Made by a program: the position numbers and the translations under genes | In this document: piece after piece, positions 52,101 to 64,000 of the stretch | Position numbering within the stretch: the first letter of the stretch is position 1 | Layout: every line of letters starts with the position of its first letter | Source of the DNA: Camelus ferus | Lineage: Eukaryota | Direction: 5' to 3' | DNA length: 64,000 nt | Assembly (NCBI RefSeq): GCF_009834535.1 | Contig: NC_045696.1 | Span: 66,218,001-66,282,000 of the forward strand | Notes under the pieces: model-generated | What the model was told of the DNA's origin: nothing | Databases searched by the model: none | Seen by the model: the letters and a program-made list of their open reading frames with translations, nothing else

Positions 52101-53234
52101 AAGATAGGACATTTCCTCTTTATAGGATCTAAGTCTCCATATCATAACATGTTATGATGAAGCTCTTTATGCCTCAGAAAAAGGAGAATTCATCCCTCTG
52201 ATACCCCCATGGGACTATTACAGGCTGAATAGGTAGAAAATACAAGTGATTTTTAAAAAATAAAACAAGTTTACTGTACAGGAACCATACCACAATAAAG
52301 TTGTTCAAAATAAAAATTAAACAGTTTGAGATTTGTTAGGTTAATGGCTTTATTTTTTTTTAAATTTGCATTAAAAATAAGTAGTGACAATGGAGTTTTA
52401 AAGTTTATTAAAAACAAGTTTTTTCCAAATTCACTGAAAATATGGATGAAGATAGGTTTTCATTGGAAATAAGATTGTGAAGCTGAATAAAAGCTCTTAT
52501 TTATGAAGAAGTAAAAGGTTTAAAGATAATAAAGAGGAAAGTTTGGTGTTTGGGAGGTGAGAGAAGAAAGAAGGGCTGAAGCAGAAAAACAACCTAGTGT
52601 TCACTAGAAAAGAGAATTTAAGAGCTTAGACGAGGGATTCCTACCATTATCTGCTTATATTTTTAAACAAAATATACTAAGCTGTTATAAAATCGACATT
52701 GAATCCTTCCCATTCTACCTCGCGTGGATCAGTGCTGGGTCTCTGACAAGGCGGCGGCACAGGTGCCATGCCATTCCTGAGAGGACGGTGAGGTGGGAAC
52801 TGCAGAGACACCCCTCCTGGGACTCTCATCTGGGTTTAGCTTCTCCTCCGGCTGGTCTCCCTGATAATGCTGCCTTTCAACTATCCAATCTCCCTGACCC
52901 CATTTCTTCTGCAATTTCAGAAATAATCTTACCTTTTTCTTATTTCAGGGCAAATGGAAATACTAGTCTTCCAGCAATGATTAAATGGGAGTGCTCTGAC
53001 TTGGGGAGGGGCAGGAGGACTAGACAGAGACAGACTAGATGCTGACCTTTACATTCTCTGCTCCCATCTCCCCTCCCCTTTCCCAGGATCCTGTCTCATT
53101 TCAGCATCCTTTTGGAAACTTCATTTTCCCATGCTTCATGTCTTACATGTAAATATGCTGGGACGCATTTGAGGAAAGGGAATGAGGGAGTATTTCCTTC
53201 ACACACGGTCATGGAAGGGCATGATAACAATAAC

Positions 53235-53440
53235 GGCTCACATGGGCTGAGCGTTTCCCATGCGTCGCGCTCTGTGCTAACACTTGACATCTCTAATCTC
53301 ATTTATTCTTCCCTACAACTCCATGAGGGGCTCAGTATCATTCTGAGCATTAAAGGTAAGGGAACAAAGGCACACAGAGATTGAGCAACAGAGTAGGTGG
53401 TAGAATGGTGACTCAAATTCAGGCAGTCTAAGCCACCCCC
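53235..53440 (-). mobile_element. MIR SINE (intron 4)
   Basis: ctgtgctaacacttgacat...ctcatttattctt...aaggcacacagagattgagcaac. Confidence 0.7.
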
Positions 53441-54454
53441 TACATAAGAGAAAGAGAGAATGCGATAGAGAAGGGAAAAGAGCAGAAGGAGGGGAAAAGG
53501 GCCAAGTCCACTGGAGTGATTCTTCATGACCTGGGGGATCTGAATGCTGACTATAAACGCTCAGCAGTAAGTGTATTTGTTTTACAGAATTAAACGACAC
53601 ACTATAAAAACTTCACCAACAGTTCTGTCAAAACCACAAGCTTGGTGTAGCTGTATTTAACTGAGTTCTCTCAGGTTCTTAATCTGTCAAAAGACCAAAA
53701 TAATGCCCGTTCCCCTCCCAGTTACATGATATTGGACTGTAAACATGCCTTGAAAACAATTGAAAGGTGACATATGTTTGATTTTACAAAAGCTCTCTGA
53801 GCTTAGTTCTCTTTCTCAAATGAGTGCCTGTGGGCTTCATAACAAGCTTAAGAGCAATGAGCGAATTTGTAGGCAGGAGATAACAATAAAACTTTCCTAC
53901 CGCAAAGAGCATGTGTCAGTACCATGTGGCCTGGAGCATGGTGTTACTAATGGCGATGGTGGAAATAAATTTGAGCTAATAATTGTGTCACGTCAACCTG
54001 GTGGACCACTCCAAGTAGAATGATAGCCGAGTTACCTCTGACTTTGTGTTAGTGCACCCGGGGCAGTTCACCTGGAAAATGGGCAGTGCTCACTAACAGT
54101 ATCCACAAGGGAGGGAAGTGCTGAGACAAGTCCCCTTGGCTGATATGACTCTGTTTAATCAAGTCCCTCCAGGTTGGCCCATGTCATCCTAACTTTTCTA
54201 ACTGTACAAGGCTCTAACTTCAAGAAACTTTTCATTCAGTAATCTCTGTGCAGTATCATTAATAATGATAATGTTTAAATCCTTACTGAAGCATTAAAAT
54301 AGGATAGTTTGAGAAATAATACTGTACATGCAAGAAAATGCATGCATAGTCCTAGCATAGTACCTTCATGATACATAATAATGATGCTAATACTAATGTC
54401 ACTACTAATAATATTGATAATCCACTATAGTGGGTAACTATTGTGTGCCATAAT

Positions 54455-54527
54455 TTTGTTTTCAGCACCTTACATTCATTTAGCCTTGCTTTGTTTTCAG
54501 TACCTTACATTCATTTAGCCTTGCTTT
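54455..54527. repeat. 35-bp tandem duplication (2 copies, 1 mismatch) inside a MIR
   Basis: tttgttttcag(c/t)accttacattcatttagccttgc occurs twice. Confidence 0.95.
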
Positions 54528-54930
54528 ATGGATGTAGGTACTATTACTATCCTTTTTATTGCACAAGAGCAAACTGAGGTATAAAAAAATTGTGTAATCA
54601 CCTAGGAGTAGATTATTCAGTTAAATAAATAACCCCTTAAGAAAAGTGTTGAACCAGGAAGTGAGATTTGTATTCTAAATTTAGCTCTATCCCTATTATT
54701 ATATTTTGTCCTGTGAACTAGTGAGATACAAAATAAAACAAATATGAATATATAGAAGTCCATGATCCTAAATAAATATTTCCTACTCCAAAGTAATAAT
54801 TTTGAGTAATCTCTATATGAATTCCAGCAATACAGCTATTGCCTAATATATAAATACTCTTGGAATTGTTTTGATAGTTGTGGCACGTTCTTTGGAATCT
54901 CCTTGATGGTATCAAATCTTAATCCCTTAA

Positions 54931-55150
54931 GCAAGAGGTTAGTGAACTTTTTCTATTAAAATAGGGCAAGATAAGAAATATGTTTGTCTTTGCAGGTGTA
55001 TGATCGTTGTGGGGACTACTCACCTCTGCAATTATAGTACAAAAAGCAGCCAGAGACAATAGTAAATGAACGGGCGTGACTGCGTTACAGTTAAATTTAA
55101 TACACAAAAACAGTCAAAGAGCCAGATTTAGTTTAAGGACCTAGTTTCTT
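54931..55150 (+). mobile_element. MER58A-like hAT-Charlie MITE
   Basis: actactcacctctgc...aaagcagccagagacaatagtaaatgaacgggcgtgactgcgtt...gccagattt. Confidence 0.82.
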
Positions 55151-55842
55151 CTTTAAACATGAATTTATGGGTGTTATTATTGTTTTGGCAAGAAACAGTC
55201 AAAATATTCCCAGAAAGATAAAGACCCATGTGAAAAAAAGGAAAACATATAGTAGATTAATGGCTATAAAATATTACTATTGATTTCCTGTGTGACTCAA
55301 AATCATTCTTTCAAGCCAATACTAACAGGAGATTTCCAAAGGAACTATTGAACTAAGTGTGATCAATTTGAGGAAGAAAAAGCTTGATTTCGATATTCAG
55401 TGGCTTACAGTGTATAATCTAAAGTCAAGACCTTTGATTTCAAAACTTAAGATTTGAGAATGCCTTTTGTTTAATGTATGTGTATACTTCAATCGTAAGC
55501 TTTTCACAACTTGATATTTTTACTATTCGTCGTAGAGAAGTGTTGAAATTAATTAACTGCATTAGCTGCAGTCTACAGAGCATAAATATAAAATAATAAA
55601 GTTCAGATGTAGTATTTGAATGTTTCTAGTGAGACTTGCATTTCTCATGATGGGAGCATTAGTTAAAAGCCATTAGTGTTTACAGGAATCTTGTCTTCTG
55701 ATCTACCAAAAGGGATATTTCTTCTAGTTTCAGCTGTTAAATTGTAAATGCTTCTTGATGGGTTAGTCAATGATGATCTAATCGGTTCATGAGAGCAAAT
55801 TTTCTTGCTATGGTGGCTAAACTATCACTGCAGAGAGTGAGA

Positions 55843-55910
55843 TAGTTTGTAATTTTTTTCTCAAGGGTACAAATATCTTAGTTGTAATTTTTTTCTCAAG
55901 GGTACAAATA
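55843..55910. repeat. ~35-bp tandem duplication
   Basis: tagtt(t)gtaatttttttctcaagggtacaaata occurs twice. Confidence 0.95.
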
Positions 55911-56020
55911 ATTTTCTGTTGCTCCAGTGATCCAAGAAATGCCAGATTTTATTAGACAGTTCATGTGCTTCTGTTTTATGCTGACTGAATAATCATAAGT
56001 CTCTACCTTTCTCTTTCCAG

Positions 56021-56157
56021 GGACAGAAGCAGCTGTGAATCCAAATGTTGGCATTCACCTTCGAACCCAAAACCCCCAACTGTACCCTGTTCCATGTTTT
56101 GGCACTTTAGGGCCCCCACCTCCATATGAAGAAATCCTAAAATCAACCCCATTTTAG
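56021..56157 (+). CDS. TMEM207: TMEM207 last coding exon (GTEAAVNPNVGIHLRTQNPQLYPVPCFGTLGPPPPYEEILKSTPF*)
   Basis: Strong pyrimidine tract ctttctctttccag|. Phase 1 joins exon 4. TAG at 56155-56157. PPxY motif as in human TMEM207. Spliced CDS is 438 nt = 145 aa + stop. Confidence 0.96.
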
Positions 56158-56533
56158 ATCTGGATCATTAATTGAAAACATTATAAATATTTTTAATCCC
56201 AAAACATCAAATTTATGAACAATTCCTTCATTTAGTGAAAACTCCTGGAGATTGATTAATACAGTCTTAACAATAGGACAAATATACAAAAGAATGAATG
56301 TAGAAAAAGAATTTTGGTCATGAAGATGTTTCCACAGTAAATTTGTGGACTCTTAGTTTATCGTTGCTGCTTTCTACTTTTATGCTTATAGTGAAGTTCA
56401 TCCATGTACTCAAATAGGCAGTAAATAACTCATGGGGTGGCGTCTGTCAAGTTTAGGATTCCACTCTAGTACCCATCACAGCTTCTTCTGCCTCAATCTC
56501 TTTTTTGATCTGATCTCTTCCTAGTATGGAGTT

Positions 56534-56539
56534 AATAAA
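56534..56539 (+). terminator. Candidate TMEM207 polyadenylation signal
   Basis: First canonical AATAAA that I found after the stop codon (~380 nt downstream). No transcript evidence. Confidence 0.4.
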
Positions 56540-57029
56540 AATGATCATAATTTAACCATGAACCAAGCAGAGATTTAGACATGCCTAGACCCAGAACCAG
56601 AAAGAGAGTACTTGAATTAGGGTGAGGGGAGACAGTAGGAAGAAGGACCATTTGGAGTTGAAGGGTGAAGGTAGAATGAAGAGAAAGATTAAAAGTTCAA
56701 GGAGTTGCACGTCTCCTTGAGGAACACTGACAGATGTTGAAGGAGATTACCTAAGCTATGAAGCACACGTAATTCCGCAACGTGGAGACGAAGGAGAGGC
56801 TCCCATTTCCCATGCGTGAGTGCAGACTCCGGAGCCCGCGGACCTTCTCTGCTTCCTCAAGACTTGGCATTTCTTGGCAAGCCATGATAAGAACCCTTGA
56901 CATAGATCTCAGTATTCTCACCGAGGATTCTGACTACAGAAGCAGCAGTGAGGTATCAAGTGACATTTCTGCAGTGGCCGCGAGCAAGGGAGCCAGGAAA
57001 AGAAATTCATGGCAAATGCTATATGATCT

Positions 57030-58030
57030 TCTACTGACAAATTTGTTGAACAGAACTGTTGACTCTCTACTTGTTTTCCTAATATACCTTTCAAATTTAA
57101 CTTGACCAAACGTCTCTCTTACTCTTTTCCAAGCTTGTTTATCCAGACCTTCCCCATCTCAACTGATGGTAACAGCAACCTTCCGGGTGCTTGAACCAAA
57201 GACCCTGGAGTTAGCCTTGAGTCCTCCTTTTATGTGACTTCCTACCTCGGAAATGACTTGGCTTAGCTCTTAGCTCTCTCGAAATAGGTCTATATTCACA
57301 CAGTTCTTAACTCCATCTCTGGTGTGAGCCACTCACTGCCAGTTCTTGCCTGAATTACTGCAACAGTATCTAAACTGGCGTTTGCTCCCAGCTTTGCTTG
57401 CTTATATTCCATATCTAATGGTGCCTAAAGTAATATTCTTAAAGCGTAAGGAGGACCATGTCCCTTAACTAAACTCCAGTGACAATCCACCTCACTCAGA
57501 GAAAATGACTAAAGTCCTTGACACAAGGCTCTGTAGATACCACTTAGGTCTCTTTTTATGACTCTCGCCCTTGTCCATTTGCTCCAGGAACACTGTCCTC
57601 AAACCTACAGGTATTATCCCACCTCCACCTGTTCTTTTGGGCTTTGCACACACTGTTCCCTCTGCTTGCAAAGCTCTCCTCCTAGATAGCGTCATTGCTT
57701 CACCCCTTCGCCTCCTGCAAGTCGTTATTCGAAAGTCACTTTCACAGCGAACCATCCTGCTTTTCCTACTTTAAATTGCAGCCTCTCCCAACCCTAGCAC
57801 TTCCGCCTCCTTGTCTTGTGCAATTTTCCTTCGCCCATAGCACCTATTGTCTCCTACGTAGCATCTTCTACTGTACTGCATAGCAAAATTCTATTTATAT
57901 TCTGCTATGTGTCTTCTCTTGCTAGGGCATAAATCCACGAAGGAAGGGATCTTTGTGTTAGCCACTGATTTATAACTCAGGCTTCTAAAGCAGCCTCGCA
58001 CTTACCATATATTCAAATAAATTTTGTAAG
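57030..58030 (+). mobile_element. L2 LINE fragment
   Basis: ttccccatctcaactgatgg; accctggagttagccttga; ggctttgcacacactgttccctctgc; L2-type 3' end. Confidence 0.8.
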
Positions 58031-61000
58031 TTCCCTGGTTCTGGAAATTTCCAAAAATAGCTGGATGGGAATTTGACGGAGATGAAGCCTTACAAAAGTG
58101 AATGTGGGTAACAGCTGGGGAAAGCTGACAGTGCTGGTAAGATAATCTCATTAGTAATCACTGATGAAAGGTGCCCAGCGAAACTTGTGTTAATTATGCC
58201 CTAATAATCCCTGATACGTGTGGAGGCTTTAGGGTGCACAAACCGCTTTCAGACTTCATTCTCCCAATAACTTTTTAGCCTTGCTATTCTTAACGTCAAG
58301 TTACACATAGTGAGTTGAACATAGCCATTCCCTTCTTAAACCTGCTAAAGTTATAGTAAAGGAGTAAACATGTTTTTAATTCACAAGAATGAGGAGAGTG
58401 GCAAGAAGATGATGAAGAAAATTAGCAGTGAGTTTTAGTACATGGAAATGTGTATGTGATGGATACAGATAGATAAATCAAAATTGACTGGGGTTTCACG
58501 TTTCTCCACTTTGCTAAGTGTCTTAAGGAAAGAAAAAGAATAATCGAGCAAGTTCGTGCTGTACCAACGCAGAACCGCTCAAGAATTAGAGGCAAGAGAG
58601 GTGAAGAGGATTTGGGAAGTGATGATGAACTTGACCTACAGAAAGACAGCACTGAAGCAGCGCAGAGAAGAGCCAGTTCCAATGGGAACATCACAGCAAA
58701 CAGCTGTTGGAGAACAAGAGGTAGGATTAAGGAAGAATATGTAATGAAAATGTGGTGATAAATTAACTATCAGTAAATGGAAAGCAAAGGGACTGAAAAC
58801 ATAAGGTGATTATAAATCTGTGAAAAATAAAAATTGAATTAAGCCCCCAAATTTTTGTTATGAATAATGTAAGTAATTAATGTTGAATTATAAAATGGAC
58901 ATTATTCGTATCGACAAGGTAGGCAGAGGAGGGAAGTGTGTATGAGGGAAGGTGGAAGGCTATAATAAAAGAGTAAATCCTAATCTCAGATTGTGTGGAG
59001 CCAATGAATAATGTCTAATTTTTTTTAGATCAGAAAATAATGGTAAAGTACATCATCTGGAAATTAGGTCATAAATATCTGAAACAAAATGCTAAAATAG
59101 TTGAAAATCATTTCCTCGAAGAAATGGGACTTGGAGATAATGCTATATGGGAAGAAGTGCTGATTTTCATCATGAGCCAACAGTACTATTTGACTTTTAA
59201 AAACAAATGCAAGTGTTACTGTAATACAAAAAAATACATAGAGTGAAATACATAAATGTTTGGCAAATTTGTACTTTGCAATTGCAAACAAACAAAGGAA
59301 ATTATACCATAAGGAAAAATGTTAAACATAAAGGTCTTTAGGTGGTGGGGCTACAGGTAATTTCATTTTTTTTATTCATGTTTTTGGATTTTCTAATTTT
59401 TCAATATTGTTTGTACATTACTCTTATAGTTGAAGACCTCAGCGAAATTCTATTTAAAAAACACAAAAGAAATACATATATATACAAATATACAACTGCT
59501 TTCACTTAACAAATGAGAAAAATGGGCTTTGGAAAGATAATTGACTAGTTCAAGGTGCATAGCTAATTAGTGTGAGACAAAACTAGACTATGTGTTTTGA
59601 TCTTTCAATTCCTATTCCAGGTATTTTTCCACTATGATCTTTTATCTTCAAAAGTGGCTATAAAAATAAACATCAGAGAATGTGGGTTATAATTACGTTT
59701 ATTTCAAATAAATGACTCTAAGGAAAGCGTTTTTGTTCATATCCTATAAGCTACGTATGTTAAAATCCATTCCAATTATAGAACAGGCAGCGGTTATAAT
59801 TAATACCTAGAAAAGTGTAAGCACATCTGGAAACATGGTTAATGATTCAGCAGCTGGAGTTTGATGAAGACATTAGTGAAAATCAGGGTTGAAGCGATTG
59901 GAATTTCTTTCTAAGTGACTTGCTTTATGTGTCAGTGTGAGTCTAACCGAAGTACATGCTTGGTGCGTGGGTAGGACTGGTAAAAAATGTTTGTTTTCAT
60001 AGAGACTTTTCCAACAAAGATTTCTTATCAAATATCACAGGGCACATTTTCATTTAATGCCTAAAAATACTTTATATGTCAAGTATTGTACAAGGTTCTG
60101 GATATATTTCTCCAACCAACTTTTTGATAATACTAGAGCTTCCACCACTTTATTCTAGAGAACAGACAGACACCTGAAAGCTCTGTAGCAGGTGCTCTTT
60201 ATGGGCCACTGAAAACTACTGTAAATAATAAAATTATAAAACTAATTTGGGTTGTATGATTTTCATGACATTTAAAGCAGACATTTAAAAAATAAACCTG
60301 CGTTCCTTTTCTGTTATCTCATTTCTGAAAATCTGTGCCTGTATCTTAGTTTATCAAAAGTCATTAAAATTCATTTTAACCTGGCTTCTCAGATTTCAAT
60401 TCTGATAGGAATGGATTTTTTTTTTTCTTCCCTTGTCAAAGAGCATTCATTTTTTAAATGAGATTTTCCTTACTGTTACAAAGTGTAGCTTTTTCTTTGA
60501 ACATCCAGCAGAGGGCATGAAAGCCTGTCTATGATTCTAGCCCAATAGCTAGATTTGATTTGATGGCTAAAGGAAACCACGAAGCTGGATTTTTGACAGA
60601 CCCTAGCAGAATGGAATAATAGTGAGTTTCAGATTTGCAAAGAGGAATCTACTATTGTAGGTCATATTGCTCACAATGCAGCTGAGCATCAGGTGAGATG
60701 TCTGCCATCAGAGAGTCTAGGAAATTTGCAATATACTCACACTTCTGAGGGTGACACCTGTGAGTTTGTGCTGCCTGCAAAGGCAGGGTAATTTGTGTAT
60801 GGGATGCTCACATGGTCCGTAACACATACAGCACTGACCCTAAGGGTCTAGCCTACTTCTTTTTTACCTGACCATGAGGTCCCTTTTAATTTTCAGTTTT
60901 GTGGTTCCAAATCTGTTTCATTTGTGTCAGGAGCACAAGTTTTATAAAAGACAACTTTAATATTCAATATCTTTCACAGGAAATGAAATAGAGCTGGGAT

Positions 61001-62126
61001 AGGACTAAATAGCATTCATGTGGACTATGAAATGAAACTCAACCAGAATATTATATTTAAGGCAAAATGTGAAGTACTTGAGGATTGTATATGAGAAAAT
61101 GAGACAACAAAAATGTGTTGGCTGTGAGTCCACTTCCAGTAGAGAATGACTTTTTTTTTTTTCAGATCAGAACAAAGGAGGAAAATAGAACATACATTCC
61201 AAAGGAATCTTTTACTTTTAAATTTATTTTGCTTTGTGATTTTGTATAAAATAACAATACAGGTTGTTTTTTTTTTCATGTTCAATACTAGATCCTGGAA
61301 AATAGCATTTTTTGTTATTTTACTAAATATAGCTCTGGGAAAATGAAATAAATTAATATCCCTTTACAAAATAGAATAATTTGGTGATAAACAAAATGTA
61401 ATTTACATTTGTGCTTTTGGAAATATTTATTTTTCCCTTCTAATATTATGCGAGTCTAGACCAACTCTATGATTCATGAAGCAAGTAATGTGTACCAGTC
61501 AAGATGTCAGATTTTTATATTAGTAAGATGAAAAGTGGTATTGCCCAGAAACACTGAAGTTATCGACAAATGCAGGCATGTTAAGTTTCATTATCATGTT
61601 TATCAAGGAAAGATTTCCTCTTAGGAAAATCTGTTTATGGATGCAGTAAGCAAAACTAAGAGAATTTCCCTTTCTCTAGTAATTAACATAATTATATTTC
61701 TCTTTATATTAAGTAATTCATCAGTTTTTATTTTTTCCATTGGATATAAAAACTGAATTCATGTATCAATTCAGGTTATTCTCTCTATGATGCATCTAAA
61801 TCTGGGTAAGTTTATAATGTTAAAAAGTCTTAGGTACCACTGGCTAATTGCTTTCTAGATTTAGAAGCCCTAGAGCTATTATTTTTTTTCTTGAAGAATA
61901 TTGAGAGACAAAATAAAACCTAGGAATTTGTTTTGAATAATCAGTGGACAACTGCATGCTTACATGATATGATACCATGTGGAATGTTTGTCACCTGCCA
62001 ACAAAATAGATCAATGCTATACAAGAAGAATTGAGCGAAGGGATGGGATGGTAGTCTCTTAAGGATGCCAAAACATTACTGGGGTGCTAAGGTCTTACTG
62101 AAGACGTGGAGGGTTTTTTAAAATAA

Positions 62127-63608
62127 TTTTTATTGAAGTATAGTCAGTTTACAATGTTGTGTCAATTTCTGGTATATAGCACAATACTTCAACCATATAG
62201 TAACATACATAGTTCGCTTTCATATTCTTTTTAAACATAAGTTACTACATGATATTGAGTATAGTTTTTTGTGCTATACAATATTAACTTGTTGTTTATC
62301 TATTTTGTATGTATTAGTGTCTGCAGATCTCCAACTCCCAACTTATCCCTTCCTACCCTCTTCCCCCCCGGTAACCATAAGTTTGTTTTCTATGTCTGTG
62401 AGTCTGTTTCTGTTTTGTAAATAAGTTTGTCTTTTTCTTAGATACCACATACAAGTGGTATCATATGGTATTTTTCTTTCTCTTTCTGGCTTACTTCACT
62501 TAGAAAGACAGTCTCTAGGTCCATCCATGTTGCTGCAAATGGCATTATTTTATTATTTTTTTATGACTGAGTAGTAGTTCATTGTATAAATATACCACAA
62601 CTTCTTTATTCAGTCATCTGTTGATGGACATTTAAGTTGTTTCCGTATCTTGGCTATTGTAAATAGTGCTGCTGTGAACAATGGGATGCATATATCTTTT
62701 TGAATTAAGGTTCCCTCTGGATATATGTCCAGGAATGGGATTGCTGGATCATATAGTAAGTCTATTTTTAGTCTTTTGAGGAATCTCCATACTGTTTTCC
62801 ATAATGGCTGCACCAAACCATATTCCCACCAGCAGTGTAGGAGGGTTCTCTTTTCTCCACAGTCTCTCCAGCATTTACTGTTTGTGGGCTTTTGAATGAT
62901 GGCCCTTCTGAGTGGAGTGAGGTGATACCTCATTGAGTTTTAATCTGCATTTCTGTGATAGAGAATAATATTGAGAATTTTTTCACAGTGCCTATTGGCC
63001 ATTTGTATGTCTTCATTGGAGAACTGCTTGTTTAGGTCTTCTGCTCATTTTTGGATTGGGGTTTTTTTGTTTTGTTTTTTTCCTTATTAAGTTGTATGAG
63101 CTGTTTATATATTCTGGAGATTAAGCCCTTGTCAGTCTCATCTTTTGCAAATATTTTTTCCTATTCTGTAGGTTGTCCTTTTGTTTTGCCTACGGTTTCC
63201 TTTGCTGTGCAAAAGTATGTAAGTTTAATTGAGTTCCTTTTGTTTATTTTTGCTTTTATTTCTATTGCTTGGGTAGACTGCCCTAGGAGAGCATTGCTGA
63301 GATTTATGTCATATAATGATTTGCCTATGTTTTCTTCTAAGAGGTTTATAGTGTCTTATGCTTAAGTCTGTAACCATTTTGAGTTTATTTTTGTGTATGA
63401 TGTGAGGAAGTGTTCTAACTTCATTGATTTACATGCAGCTGTCCAATTTTCCCAACACCATTTGCTGATGAGATGGTCTTTACTCTATTGTATGTTCTTG
63501 CTCCTTAGTCAAAGATTAATTGTCCAAAAATTTGAGCTTATTTCTGGGCTCTATATTCTGTTCCATTGATCCATATGCCTATTTTTGTACCAATATCATG
63601 CTGTTTTG
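62127..63608 (-). mobile_element. 5'-truncated L1 (ORF2 C-terminus + 3'UTR), same family as the 17.5-kb copy
   Basis: ORF 62610..62933 encodes the ORF2p Cys-rich C-terminus (MRYHLTP...[17 protein letters not shown]...[10 protein letters not shown]...YDPAIP). 3' end gtaaactgactatacttcaataaaaa on the minus strand. Confidence 0.93.
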
Positions 63609-63850
63609 TTAAAAGTTTTTTCTTTTAAAGAGAGTTTGCAGTTGAAAGGAACTCTCTGATAAGCTGCTAAATGTAATGAATGGACAATCAAAAGACATAC
63701 TCAGCTAACAATAGATGGTCACTGAAAAGGGTAAGTCTGTGTGACTGCAGGACTTCTGTTTTTCTGTTTGAGGTTTACAGGATGTTTGCAACCAAAACTA
63801 AACTGTGTAAGGCTGTAGAGGAGAGTTTATATACTTTATAAATACATGTT

Positions 63851-63964
63851 ATTTATTTATTTATTATTTATTTTTATTATTTTTTAATGGAGGTGCTGGG
63901 GATTGAACCCAGTACCTTGTGCATGCTAAGCATGTGCTCTACCACTGAGCTATTTCCACCCACC
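63851..63964 (-). mobile_element. Vic-1-type SINE
   Basis: ggaggtgctggggattgaacccagtaccttgtgcatgctaagcatgtgctctaccactgagcta. (TTTA)-type tail and short TSD ACATGTT. Confidence 0.88.
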
Positions 63965-64000
63965 ACATGTTTTTAATTTAATATAATTTTAGTAGCAAAA

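Noticed and set aside
62610..62933. 107-aa ORF as a functional gene
   Set aside because: It is an L1 ORF2p C-terminal remnant in a 5'-truncated, disrupted element.
23907..63964. All four Vic-1-type SINEs lie on the minus strand
   Set aside because: With four copies, sharing a strand has a 1-in-8 chance. Not significant.
1..64000. IL1RAP or CLDN16 exons; CRISPR, operon-like or other novel multi-gene system
   Set aside because: I recognised no claudin or Ig/TIR coding exons, no CpG-island promoter and no regularly spaced repeat array. The window is eukaryotic, with one gene plus repeats.

Overview
Mammalian genomic DNA, AT-rich and dense in repeats. Four tRNA-Ala-derived Vic-1-type SINEs point to a camelid (alpaca, llama or camel). 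I can support one protein-coding gene: TMEM207 on the + strand, with 5 coding exons (40361-40435, 42284-42321, 48196-48240, 49055-49197, 56021-56157). All introns are GT-AG and the 438-nt CDS gives an intact 145-aa single-pass membrane protein with a C-terminal PPPPYEEI motif. The ORF track shows only exon 4 in the coding frame. The ~40 kb upstream and ~8 kb downstream are intergenic; from recalled human synteny they run towards IL1RAP and CLDN16, and neither gene is visible here. The rest is L1, L2, L3/CR1, MIR, hAT DNA transposons and solo LTRs. The most notable structures are a 5'-inverted L1 with a probable 3' transduction nested in DNA transposons, a solo LTR with a perfect 6-bp TSD, candidate HNF1 and CTCF sites around TMEM207, and recent 35-bp tandem duplications. 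I found no convincing new multi-gene system. Repeat subfamily names come from remembered consensus sequences, not from a search.
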